Assembly: GCF_006345805.1 (NCBI RefSeq)
Contig: NC_043003.1
Coordinates: 78,802,001 to 78,866,000 of the forward strand
DNA length: 64,000 nt
Direction: 5' to 3'
From: Octopus sinensis
Lineage: Eukaryota
This document shows positions 12,019 to 23,884 of this stretch, in pieces (the stretch's first letter is position 1; every line of letters begins with the position of its first letter). A model generated the notes under the pieces. That model ran no database searches. It was not told the origin of the DNA and saw only the letters and a program-made list of their open reading frames with translations. The translations under genes and the position numbers were made by a program.

Positions 12019-13010
12019 CTGTTGATAGTAGCGGTGGTAGTGGTTGTGATGGTGGTGATTGTTGTGGTACAGTTAGTGGTATTGGTGCTTGTGTGGTGGT
12101 AGTGTTTGTGGGAACGGTTCTAATAATGGCGATGGTGTTGGTGGTTGTTGTTGCTAGTCGTAGTGGTCGTGGTGGTTGAAGTGGCGGTAGTGATGGAGCT
12201 GGTAGCCGATATCGTGTAACATCTGTCATAAATAACTGTATGTATGTATGCATGTATGTATGTATGTATGCATGTATGTATGTATGTATGTATGTATGTA
12301 TGTATGCATGTATGTATGTATGTATGTATGTATGTATGTATGTATGTATGTATAGAATGAATGTATGTATGTATGTATGTATGCATGTATGTATGTATGT
12401 ATGTATGTATGCATGTATGTATGTATGTATGTATGTATGTATGCATGTATGTATGTATGTATGTATGCATGTATGTATGTATGTATGTATGTATGTATGT
12501 ATAGAATGAATGTATGTATGTATGTATGTATGTAGTATGTATAGAATGAATGTAGTATGTATGTATGTATGCATGTATGTATGTGTATGTATGCATGTAT
12601 GTATGTATGTATGTAGTATGTATGTATGCATGTATGTATGTTGTATGTATGTATGCAGTATGTATGATGTATGTATGTATAGAATGAATGTATGTAGTAT
12701 GTATGTATGTATGTAGTATGTATAGAATGATGTATGTATGTATGTATGTATGATGTATGTGTATGTATGTATAGAATGAATGTATGTAGTATGTATGTAT
12801 GTATGATGTATGTATGTATGTATATGTGTGTATGCATATATGTATATGTGTGTGCATGCATGTATGTATGTATATATGTATGTATGTATGTATGTTGTAA
12901 GTATGTATGTATATATGTATGTACGTATATATGTATGTATGTATGTATGTATGTTGTATGTATGTATCTGTATCTGTGTGTCTGTATGAGCGTGTGTGGA
13001 CGTGTGGTAG
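11300..13010. repeat. Compound microsatellite block: (GGT/TAG/TAC)n then ~720 bp of (TATG)n with tatagaatgaatg variants
   Basis: Direct inspection; explains the long HTYI/MYVC ORFs. Confidence 0.95.
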
Positions 13011-13689
13011 ACAGACACAGGGTTTGTTTACCGCCGCCAACAGTACGAGATAATTTACCACACAAATGCATACATACACAAATACAAAAAAAAATACCCA
13101 CAAATATAAACACAAACACACACATACACACACACACAACATACATAAACACACACACAGAGTCAACGCACATACACGCACACATATACAAAGGAAAGGA
13201 AGGGCACCACCAGCTAAAGTACACAGAAGCGCAACAGATTACTTCCCTTTACTTTCTCTCCACCACTTCCTCCAATATCACGCTGTATATATAATAAGTC
13301 TTTTTAAAACATCTATTTCGGACACACACACACTTTATTGAGTAGTTGGAGTCGGATGGGGGGGTCCTTTTGTTTGTTGGTTTGGTTCTGCTTTCTTTTT
13401 TCTTTTTTTTTGGGGGGTTTTTGCGATATTTTGCTTATCATATTTGCCTTTTCCTCGTTGTTGTTCTGGCTTTTGTTATTGTAGTTGTTATGTATTTGTG
13501 GATGTGTTTCTTTTAAGTTCACGACTTTCTCGGTCAGACCCTCTGCCATGTTCGCACACAAAATGCTATCTTTTACCGCCTGTTCCAATCTTTCCTTCCT
13601 CCCTTCCTTTCCAGTTTGCCATATATCCTCCTCCACCTCCTCTAAACATTTCTTCCATTTTCTTTCTCTTTTCTACAGCCCCTATCTCT

Positions 13690-13698
13690 CACTCACTC

Positions 13699-13775
<77 letters not shown>

Positions 13776-13975
13776 TTATCTATCTGTCTGTCTTTCTGTC
13801 TGTCTGCCTATCAGTCTGTCTGCCTGCCTGCCTGCCTGATTCCTGTTTGTCCGTCTCTCTCTCTCTCTCTCTCTCTCTCGCTCTCTCTCTCTCTCTATCT
13901 GTCTATCTGCCTCTCTCTCTCTATCTATTTGTCTGTCTGTCTGTCTGCCTGTCTCTCTCTCTCTATATATATATC

Positions 13976-14054
<79 letters not shown>

Positions 14055-14235
14055 GTCTATCTGTCTATCTGTCTGTCTGTGTCTATCTATCTATCTGTCT
14101 ATCTATCTATCTATCTATCTATCTGTTTGCCTGTCTGTCTGTCTGTCTCTCCCCCTCTCTCTCTATCCATCAATTTACCTATCTATCTGTATATCTATCT
14201 ATCTGTCTACCTATCTATCTTTCTATCTATCTATA
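13690..14235. repeat. (TCTA)n/(TCTG)n/(TC)n compound microsatellite
   Basis: Direct inspection. Confidence 0.95.
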
Positions 14236-14264
14236 TAGTTCAAATTTATAAAAAAACAAACCAA

Positions 14265-14415
14265 TCGACTAAGACTGGTGTAGGAACAACAAGCAGGTGT
14301 TTAACCGTCGGGAAAAATGGAAATGTCTTTTACATTTCGAGCCTACGCTCTTTGAGAGAAAAGAATTAGAGGAAAACATAGAGAGAGAAAAACTGTATAG
14401 AGTTCAGCGGTTCAA
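14265..14415 (-). mobile_element. Family F copy, diverged
   Basis: acaacaagcaggtg..cgggaaa..cttttacatttcgagcctacgctcttt is the reverse complement of F. Confidence 0.7.
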
Positions 14416-14458
14416 AATGACGGGATGTCTATAGATACATACATAATACATACATACA

Positions 14459-14494
<36 letters not shown>

Positions 14495-14533
14495 TATATA
14501 CACACACACAAACTCACACACATATATAAATAT

Positions 14534-14812
14534 GTGAAGGCGCATGGCTCAGTGGTTAGAACGTCGAGCTTACGATCGTGAGGTTGTGAGTTCGATTCCC
14601 GGACCGAGCTTCGTCTTGTGTTCTTGAACAAGACACTTTATTTCACGTTGCTCCAGTTAACTCAGCTGTAGAAATGAGTTGCGACATTACTGGTGCCAAG
14701 CTGTATCGGCTTTTGCCTTTCCCTTGGATAGCATCAGTGGTGTGGAGAGGGGAGGCTGGTATGCATGAGCGAATCCCATGATCATTCATGACCGAAGGGG
14801 TTCTCCTCCTCC
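14534..14812 (+). mobile_element. SINE family D (tRNA head plus CORE-like domain), internal deletion
   Basis: gaaggcgcatggctcagtggttag..gagttcgattccc..gtgttcttgaacaagacactttatttcacgttgctccag. Confidence 0.88.
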
Positions 14813-15544
14813 TTTATATATATATACATTAGAAAAAATAAGTTACTCAGAGATCTGGATGGTTGTACATATACAAATATTTATTAACATGTCACATGTT
14901 TTTACAAATCACATACAAGCGCTTTCATCTACTCTAATAGATTCTTCAGATTAAAATTTTGTGAAAGGATTTGTCTCTTTTTACAGTATTAGTGAATGGA
15001 TTGAGGTGGAGAGAGAGGGGGGAAAGAAGAGTAATTTGGAGTGTATAGTGTAGGAAAAGACGGAGAGAAATGGGGAGATAGTGGAGGGAGAAAAAGAGAG
15101 AGTGTGTGTGTGTATGCTTGCGTGTGTGTGTGTGTGCCTGTGTATCTGAAAGGAAGAGTTTTGAACAAGAGACAAAGAGAAAAGAAAAAGAATATATATT
15201 TTTAAGTAGGTGGCAAGAACAGTTGCTTACTTTGGTTCAGCCAGCTCACCAGGGGATCTGAAAAAAAAATGTTTTCAAAGTGAAAAAATGTGTTTTTTCT
15301 TAACGTCAATGGAAAAGAGAAGAAAAGAAAGAAAGAAAGAAAGAAAGAAAGGAAGAAAAAACGAAAGAAAGAAAGAAAGAAAAGAAAAAATGTGCTTATA
15401 TCTATACAGTTGGTCAGTTCTTTCAATAGAAGATGACAAGTTGATTCTTGGTCTGTGAAAATGGCAAGACTAGGTGGTTACTCTAAAGGGGGTGGTCTGT
15501 ATTGATGAGGAATAATGAAAGTTATTTTTCAAAAAATTGTCTAG

Positions 15545-15545
15545 A

Positions 15546-15626
<81 letters not shown>

Positions 15627-15705
15627 GTTGTTATTATTATTACTACTACTATTATTATTATTACTATTATTATTATTATTATCATCATCATCATCATCAT
15701 CATCA
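15545..15705. repeat. (ATT)n/(ATC)n microsatellite
   Basis: Direct inspection. Confidence 0.95.
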
Positions 15706-15774
15706 CTGTCCAATGCTTGATTCTCATGCTGGTATGGGTTGGAAAATCTGGATGCAAGAATGTTTCTATTTATG

Positions 15775-15878
<104 letters not shown>

Positions 15879-15889
15879 CATGCATATAT

Positions 15890-16650
15890 CTTAGGGTTCC
15901 GGATATATGCACTATTCCACAACACTCCACCTGCATTTAAGAAAGAGGACTGCTTGAACGACATGGGCTGGCAACCATCCCACTGGACGCCAGTTCCTGT
16001 CCAGTTCCATGCAGTCGATCATTTTGCAAGCATCTGCCAACGTGTTCTGGACCGGTTAAACTCTAACTCCGACGCTGCATAGACATCATTATAAAACCGG
16101 CTGCCAACGGTGGAGCCGTAGTGGTGTAGCGCACAGGCCTCTACAAAACTGAAGCTCTGCGCCAAGTTCAAGACACCTCCTCTATTGCTCTCTGTTCTCC
16201 AACCCTACGTCCAACTACCAACAGACTATCCATGACCTTATCTCTTCTTCCCGTCTCCCTCCCACTGCCTCCAACCTTATTGTCCGCACTACACCCCCAC
16301 AAATAACTTCCTTCCCCAAATCCACAGGCAAAACAACCTTGGCCGCTCCATCGTCTCTGCCTGTAACTGCCCCACAGAATTGATCTCAAAATACCTCGAC
16401 CGTGTTCTTGCCCCCCCCCAGTGGCTTCCCTCCCCTCCCACATCCACGACACTAACCATACCCTCCGTCTCTTCAAATCTTTCTCCTTCCCTCCTGGCCC
16501 CTCTAAACTTCTCTTCACTCTTGATATCAAGAGTCTATATACGGTGATCCTACACAACGAAGGACTTCTTGCCCTCAAACACTTCCTAGACCCTCGACAT
16601 AACCCCCAACTTCACACCTCCACATTTCTTCGTGTGGCTGAACTTGTTCA
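15890..16650 (+). pseudogene. Penelope-like element RT relic (Neptune-like motifs)
   Basis: DIIIKPAANGGAVVV (IKPADKG motif), IVSACNCPTELISKYLD, LPSHIHDTNH, LFTLDIKSLYTVILHNEGL (DxxSLYT motif); stops and frameshifts. Confidence 0.85.
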
Positions 16651-17099
16651 CTTCACCTCCACCCCTAACCCCACACCTCCACCCCTAACCTCACACTTCC
16701 ATCCCGCCCCACACCCCTAGTCCACACCTCCACCCACCCTACACCCACACCCACTCCGCACCTCCACCCACCCACACCTCAACCAACTCCACACCTTCAC
16801 CCACCCACACCTCAACTCCATACATCCACCCACACTCACATCCCAACCCCACACCCACATTCCCCCTAAATTCCACACTTCTACCCCCGCATCCCCATCC
16901 CCACATCCCATCCCACCCCAACAAGACCACCCGACTAGCACTGACGACTTCCCAGCACCCACACCACACACCATCATCCACACACGCACACTTTACAGGT
17001 GCACAAACGTACACACGCACGCATCCACACACATCAGGGGTCACTAGCTCCTATCTACACACACACACACACATTCTCACATGCAGACACGCACGCGCA

Positions 17100-17368
17100 G
17101 CTTCGTTTTGGGATCACCAATACTTTATTATCTGCCCTTCTTTCTACCTTTAATGTCAAGCCTTTTTTTCCAACCAGTTGCCATGCTTGACCGCTATATC
17201 CACAAGTTTCTTTCATTCTCTCTCTGTTTATATCCTCGTATTCCTTTGTGTTAGTGAACGTAGGCTCGAAACGTAAAAGACATTTTCACTTTTCCGAGTG
17301 CCAAGCTAATACACCAGCTTGTTGTTCATAGACCTGTCTTCGTCTTTTGTTTTTCTGTAAATTTCGTG
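17100..17368 (+). mobile_element. Family F terminal repeat directly downstream of the PLE RT relic
   Basis: atgcttgaccgctatatccacaag..gtaggctcgaaacgtaaaag..cctgtcttcgtcttttg in the same orientation as the RT. Confidence 0.75.
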
Positions 17369-17369
17369 T

Positions 17370-17413
<44 letters not shown>

Positions 17414-17429
17414 GTGTGTATATATAAGG

Positions 17430-17604
17430 ATTGGCTGTGTGATCATAGGGGCAGGAGTAGCTTGCTTACTAACCACATGGCTCTAGGCTCAGTCCCAATG
17501 CATGACATCATGAGCAAGTGTCTTGTACTATAGCCTCGGGCCGACCGAAGCCTTGTGAGTGGATTTGGCAGACAGAAACTGAAAGAAGCTTGTCGTATGT
17601 GTGT

Positions 17605-17661
<57 letters not shown>

Positions 17662-17880
17662 GTGTGTGTATGTATGTGTATGTATGTGTTTGTGTGTCTG
17701 TGTTTGTCACTCCGCCATCGTTTGCCAACCGATGTTGGCGTGTTTATGTCCCTGTAGCCTAGAGGTTCTGCAAAGAGACCGATAAAATAAGTACTAGGCT
17801 TACAAAGAATAAGTACTGGGATCGATTCGTTCGACTTAAGTTTGTGCACCAAATGACTGAAACAAGTAAAAGAGTAAAAT
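17430..17880 (+). mobile_element. SINE family A, diverged full-length copy
   Basis: Colinear with 10029-10455. Confidence 0.85.
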
Positions 17881-18097
17881 AATATCTATCTATCCATCTG
17901 TCTGTCTATCTGTCTGTCTGCCAGTCTATCTGTGTATCTTTCTGCCTGTCTATCTGTCTGCCTCTCTCTGCCTCTCTCTGCCTCTCTCTGCCTCTCTCTC
18001 TGCCTCTCTCTCTCTCCCTCTCTCTCTTCCTCTCTCTCTCCCCCTCTCTCTATCTATCCATCCATCCATCCATCCATCCATCCATCCATCCATCCAG

Positions 18098-18142
<45 letters not shown>

Positions 18143-18654
18143 CACCAATCTGGCTTTATCATTTTTCTCGTCTCTTAGCTCGTTTCCTTTATACACTATT
18201 CCCTAACATCCCCCACATACACACACACACAGACGCACACACACACTCAGAAATATACACACGCACACACACACTCAGAAATATACACACGCACACACAC
18301 ATACTCTCTGTCTGTTTGTCTGTTTGTCTGTCTCTCTCTTTGCTCCTTCAAACACACAGCACACATACACACACAGACATATGTACATAATACATATTTA
18401 TCGATATTGCTATCAACGTATTTCATTCTCTGTAAACATTCCCACATTGTAACGGTATACAAATGTACAAAAGAGGTATTCAAGTCAAACCCATAATGCT
18501 TAGTTATATCGGAACAAACCTGGAACATTACATCAAGCAATTTACCGACATGACCACTCATAAAATGCAAACAGAAGTTAAGTTAAATATTATTCTTTAA
18601 AATAAAAATCTAGGCTATTTTCCCATTTGGTGAAGAAAACAGTCGTCGCCGTCG

Positions 18655-18688
<34 letters not shown>

Positions 18689-19289
18689 TGGTGTCGTAAG
18701 CAAAAACTGGAAAGGTGGTACAGTAACAAAATTCCAATCACACCAATATGTAGGTGTGTGTTTCTGTGACTGTACATGTGACCCTCGTTGATAAAGGTAA
18801 ATGAATGGGTGGTTGCTATCCTTTTTCTAATGTGCCCCGTAAGTAGAACACATTTAACTCAAGTTAACACAAGTCTGCAAACTGATACTTTTTTGAAAAT
18901 TGTTTTGATAATTGTACGTTACTTTATATGTTTTTTGTGGAGTTCATTTGAGATATCAGAAAAGCTCTTTCACATTATCTAAGGTTTCCCGCATTTTAAT
19001 GATAAAATATTCCATAATTTGTATGTAAATCCATATACTGTAGGACAAATTGTAACTAGTAAAGATGAATTTGATACACTATTCAGTAAAATAAATTGGC
19101 GCAAATGCAATTAATAGATGAGAAAATAGATTTTTACAAGGGTACCATTCATTCTTTTTTTGGTCCAGCACCTCCAAATTTTTCCTTTATCATTTGGAAA
19201 CTACGCCTGGAACTCTTTCACTCGTGAGCATTTGATCGACATTCGCAATACAGCATCCAACAGTAGTCAGTTATATTGATATCTCATCT

Positions 19290-19674
19290 GTGGAGGCGCA
19301 ATGGCCCAGTGGTTAGGGCAGCGGACTCGCGGTCATAGAATCGCAGTTTCGATTCCCAGACCGGGCGTTGTGAGTGTTTATTGAGCGAAAACACCTAAAG
19401 CTCCACGAGGCTCCGGCAGGGGATGGTGGTGATCTCTGCTGTACTCTTTCACCACAACTTTCTCTCACTCTTACTTCCTGTTTCTGTTGTACCTGTATTT
19501 CAATGGGCCGGCCTTGTCACTCTCTGTGTCACGCTGAATATCCCCGAGAACTACGTTAAGGGTACACGTGTCTGTGGAGTGCTCAGCCACTTACACGTTA
19601 ATTTCACGAGCAGGCTGTTCCGTTGATTCGGATCAACCGGAACACTCATCGTCGTAACCGACGGAGTGCTTCCA
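19290..19674 (+). mobile_element. SINE family C, full length, perfect 12-bp TSD
   Basis: gatatctcatct at 19278-19289 and 19675-19686; interrupts the Chapaev-like C-terminal coding region. Confidence 0.95.
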
Positions 19675-20389
19675 GATATCTCATCTTTCTTAAAATCTTC
19701 TTTCCATATCCTTTATGTCTTGATGAAACCTTTCCCCCTGCTCCGTACTCACATTTTCCGAAAATAAATCCAAATAGGCAAGTAAGAAATTAACTTTAAT
19801 GCTAATTTTACATCCTAAAGCCTCAAACTTTTCCAACATTCTTCCCTTTATGAGTTTGTAGTTTGAATCCTTGTGATTACTCAAGAAGTTTTTTTATCAC
19901 ATCTCTAAAACTAATCCAAGCATCTTTCTCAAAATCACTTAGTGAATTTTTAAAACTTTTATCCTTGGAGGGCTTCCTTATATTTAGTCCTACAAGTAAA
20001 CTTTCTTCAACCTTGACGTCTGATAGAGCAGGAAACCTGCTACGCAAATACTTGAAGCCTTCTGCATCCTGTGGCCAAACTTTTATGAATTGCTTCATGA
20101 GGTCAATTTTTATAAGCAGAGGAGACAAAAAAGTCTTCTGCGGATCAATCAGTTTCTGGAAGGATACTCTTTATTCCTGGTGTAAGCGTGTCCTACTTGG
20201 CCATTCTGTTTTAGACCAATGGAGATTCTTGGCTCTACTATTCCATTCACACAAGAAAAACAAGGAAACTTTGTATAACCTATAAATGTTATCCAAGCAG
20301 CATAAGGGTTATTTTCAAGTTGTCGCAAATCATCCAGGTGTGATCTTTGAATTTAATCTCGTGTAAGAATGACACGAAATTTTCACATG

Positions 20390-20681
20390 TGAGCTCGAAT
20401 CCCGGACCGGGCTGCGTGTTGTGTTCTTGAACACGGCACTTTATTTCACGTTGCTCCAGTTCACTCAGCTGTAGAAATGAGTTGCGACGTCACTGGTGCC
20501 AAGCTGTATCGACCTTTGTCTTTCTCTTGGATAACACTGGTGGCGTGGAGAGGGGAGGCTGGTATGCATGGGCGACTGCTGGTCTTCCATAAACAACCGT
20601 GCCCGGACTTGTGTCTAGGAGGGTAACTTTCTAGGTGCAATCCCATGGTCATTCATGACCGAAGGGGGTCTTTACCCCTTT
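20390..20681 (+). mobile_element. SINE family D, 5'-truncated
   Basis: CORE-like gtgttcttgaacacggcactttatttcacgttgctccagttcactcagctg and tail ccatggtcattcatgaccgaagggggtc. Confidence 0.88.
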
Positions 20682-21544
20682 ATTTTCATGATCGCTGGAA
20701 ACAGTTCTAAGGCGTTCCTTTGAAGAGTCAATAGCCTGCATTCACCAGGACTGTGACTTATGCCAAACTTACCCCTTAGTCCCGTTGTATTTGTACAATA
20801 AACCAATTTTTTTGAGCAAAATAAGGAACAAATTCTTTTCCGCTGTTATGATACCATTAGAATGATACACGATGAACTAAAAGATTCTCGAATTTAAGTC
20901 TAGAACCTAAAAGCTCTGCTGACTCCTTTACTACATCATTTAATTTACACTGGTTGAATAGTTGGCGTTCTTCACCTCCTCTGCTATCGAAGTTTATCAT
21001 CGTCATTGCTATTTATGCCTTTTGACTCCGACCTCAAGTATATGTCTCGATAAGTTTCCTGTTGGTGAAGTCACTGGAACATCTGGTCCATTGGCAAAGT
21101 TCGCAATAAGAGGGAAGATTTATATAAACAATGTTTTCACACCCTTCAAATTGTTTTCCCAGCACCTTACATGAGCAAAAGTTGCAGTCATCACTATGAT
21201 TTTTAGGCTCTCTCCATATCATGGGAACCCCAAACTGAAAAGACTTCTTTGTACATTTTGTCCATTCTTTGTAAAAAATACTTCTTGTGTAATCACAAAG
21301 ATTCAAACTACAAACATATAATGGGGAAAAATGTTGGAAAAGTTTGAGGCTTTAGGATGTAATCGATTTTGTGATGGAACTACATGATGGGACAATTTGT
21401 TTTTGTAATTTTTGAAATCAGTATGTAAAAATTAGTCAATTTCGCGCAGTAAAAGTCAACTTTTTAGTTGCAGAACTGTGATAATGACCCCAGTATTCTT
21501 GGAATCAATACTCCTTTCTCGATCTATTTTCAACATATCTTTTT

Positions 21545-21722
21545 ATCTTTTAACTTTTACTTGTTTCAGTTATTAAATTGCGGCCATGCTGGGGCACGGT
21601 ATTCAAGGGTTTAAATCGAACAGATCGATACCAGTGCTCTCTTACGTTTTAAAGTTTGGTACTTATTTATTCGTGTCTTTTGCTGAACCGCTAAGTAACG
21701 AATTTAACAACGGTTATCAACG
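21545..21722 (-). mobile_element. SINE family A, 3' fragment
   Basis: tttacttgtttcagtt..gcggccatgctgg..gaaccgctaagt. Confidence 0.75.
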
Positions 21723-21726
21723 GTTA

Positions 21727-21962
21727 AAGGCGGCGAGCTGGCAGAGACGTTAGCACGTCGGGCGAAATGCTTAGTGGTATTTCGTCCGCCGCTACGTTCT
21801 GAGTTCAAATTTCGCCGAGGTCGACTTTGCCTTTCATCCTTTCGGGGTCGATTAAATAAGTACCAGTTACGCACTGGGGTCGATATAATCGATTTAATTC
21901 GTTTGTCTGTCCTTGTTTGTCCACTCTATGTTTAGCCCTTTGTGGGTAGTAAAGAAATAGGT
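21727..21962 (+). mobile_element. SINE family B, full length, long tail
   Basis: A-box-like tggcagagacgttag, B-box gagttcaaattt; ends aaagaaataggt. Confidence 0.92.
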
Positions 21963-22185
21963 TATCAGACGGGAAGGAAGGGGCAAACACTAACACCAAG
22001 GCACACAGAGATATACGTATATGTACACATATATACACACAACAGTTCATTACATCATTTCTTGCTCTCTTGTCATTTATTTAATTCCTTATTACGCCCT
22101 GTACTCGGCTGATGCTTGTTTGTGACGTATATGTATATTGAGTTCTAACATCAGGTTATTAGTATCGTTATGATTAAGCGAAATA

Positions 22186-22224
<39 letters not shown>

Positions 22225-22227
<3 letters not shown>

Positions 22228-22390
22228 GTTAATCCAAACAAGAAAACACACAAAAAACACAGCAACGCGAGGACGTGGAACAAATAAAGTATTATTGGAC
22301 GCTCAGGAAAGAAGGGAAGAAGGAGGGTTTAACGTTTCGAGCCGAGCTCTTCGTCGGAAACAAAGGAGAAGGAAAGATCCCGAGAAGGGA
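22225..22390 (-). mobile_element. Family G short repeat (PLE-like terminal repeat) with hammerhead-like motif
   Basis: Matches 34522-34710 and, inverted, 34830-35026. Confidence 0.75.
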
Positions 22391-22458
22391 TATATATATA
22401 TGTGATAACAATTTGATAAATAAAACATAATCATACTTACATAGATACATACATACAT

Positions 22459-22697
22459 ATGTGTACATACGTACATCTATATGTATATATACATGTACAG
22501 GACACCACAAATAAACGTAGAACACAACGAGAAACGAAAACAGAAAACCAAACAAGACTGTTTTTTCGTTGTTAAAAAAAGTCCGTTTCCTTGTTTGGTT
22601 TTATGTTTCCGTTTCTCGTTGTGTTCTGCGCTTATTTGTGGTGTCCTGTACTCATATATGCATGTATATATACATATAGATGTAGGTATGTACATAT
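22459..22697. repeat. Foldback inverted repeat of ~240 bp
   Basis: Arms 22495-22556 and 22590-22651 pair at 58/62 positions; pairing continues into the flanking AT-rich arms. Confidence 0.9.
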
Positions 22698-22699
22698 AT

Positions 22700-22922
22700 A
22701 ATTTCTTTACTACCCACAAGGAGCTAAACACAGAGGGGACAAACAAGGACAGACAAACGGATTAAGTCGATTACATCGACCCCGGTGCGTAACTCGTACT
22801 TAATTTATCGACCCCGAAAGGATGAAAGGCAAAGTCGACCTCGGCGGAATTTGAACTCATAACGGAACGGCAGACGAAATACGGCTACGCATTTCGCCCG
22901 GCGTGCTAACGTTTCTGCCAGC
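22700..22922 (-). mobile_element. SINE family B, young copy
   Basis: Reverse complement closely matches 21727-21960. Confidence 0.92.
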
Positions 22923-23028
22923 ATATGTATGTATGTATGCACATGTTTTATTTACTAAATTGTTATTATATGATTGAACGCACGCGTCGTTTTCTTCTTC
23001 TTCCAAGTAAGTTTTATGTATATATATA

Positions 23029-23388
23029 TACTAGCAGTATCGCCCAGCGTTGCTCAGGTTTGTAAGGGAAATAACTATAAAGCATTTTTAGAGAGTTATA
23101 GCCAAAAAATAGCAAAAAAATGATGGTAAATTTTTTTTGAGAGTTAAAAAAGGTGGAGTTGCGTCCCCCTAGACGGTCTGTGGTTTGGGTTTCTGATTCT
23201 CGACCCCCATGTCGAATTTATCGATTTTTTTCAGAACTGGGGGAACTTTTCAAAATTTTCGCTGCGTTAGTTTTGAATTATGACATTGGGCTATGTGTGT
23301 GTCAAGTTTCATCAGAATCGGTTGAAAGCCGTCGTCAGAGTGAGGGTACGAGAAAACAGACACACAGAAAACGCACAGACAAACTGCC

Positions 23389-23400
<12 letters not shown>
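23029..23400 (+). mobile_element. Non-autonomous Helitron/Helentron-like element (Lep1/DINE-type start)
   Basis: Starts actagcagtatcgcccagcgttgctcagg; ends cagacacacag..cagacaaactgccgtttatat; shares its 5' ~110 bp with 25328-25725. Confidence 0.6.
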
Positions 23401-23424
<24 letters not shown>

Positions 23425-23429
<5 letters not shown>

Positions 23430-23610
23430 ACTGAAATTTTTAGAAAAACAAAAGACGAAGACAGTTCTATGAACAACAAGCAAGTATATAAGTTTGACGC
23501 TCGGGAAAATGAAATAGTTTTTTACGTTTCGAGTCCATGCTCTTCAACAGAAATGAATAAGAAAAAATAAACAGAGAGAGAAGGAAATAAGCTTGTAGAT
23601 TTTAGCGATA
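23425..23610 (-). mobile_element. Family F copy
   Basis: aaaagacgaagacag..tttacgtttcgagtccatgctcttcaacagaaa. Confidence 0.75.
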
Positions 23611-23720
23611 TATATATATATATATATATACGGAAATAATAAGGGTCGAAAATTTAGAGAAATATTCTACCGGTGGCCAGCATACGTAATAAAGTCAATA
23701 GACAAGATATTTTTCACATA

Positions 23721-23859
23721 AATTAGTGTACGTTTTTATACACAAAGGAGGTGACCTTAAGACACCTTACATGCTGGAAAGGGTTGCTCTTTCCGCACCT
23801 GACATGTTGGAAAGGCCTATCTTTTCCACATCTTTTGTGTATAAAAACGTACACTAATT
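23721..23859. mobile_element. 139-bp MITE with perfect TIRs and TA flanks
   Basis: taaattagtgtacgtttttatacacaaa (23719-23746) is the exact reverse complement of 23834-23861. Confidence 0.85.
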
Positions 23860-23884
23860 TACATCAAATATATATATATATATA

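Larger units (their letters stand above)
18868..21480 (-). mobile_element. Chapaev3-like (CMC) DNA transposon relic with two nested SINEs
   Basis: Minus-strand peptides FGVPMIWREPKNHSDDC.FC, KESAELLGSRLK, PLLIKIDLMKQFIK, EQGERFHQDIKDMERRF, DYCWML; imperfect TIRs cacaagtctgcaa (18868) and ttgcagaactgtg (to 21480). Confidence 0.75.

Noticed and set aside
11888-13224. Longest ORFs (332-376 aa, HTYI-rich)
   Set aside because: They are translations of (CATA)n/(TAC)n microsatellites, which lack stops in several frames; no protein-like content.
13485-14369. 294-aa SIYL-rich ORF that looks hydrophobic
   Set aside because: Translation of (TCTA)n/(TC)n repeats.
19290-19365. tRNA-Arg-like sequence with A and B boxes
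   Set aside because: It is the head of a multi-copy SINE and continues into SINE body; not a tRNA gene. The same applies to the other SINE heads.
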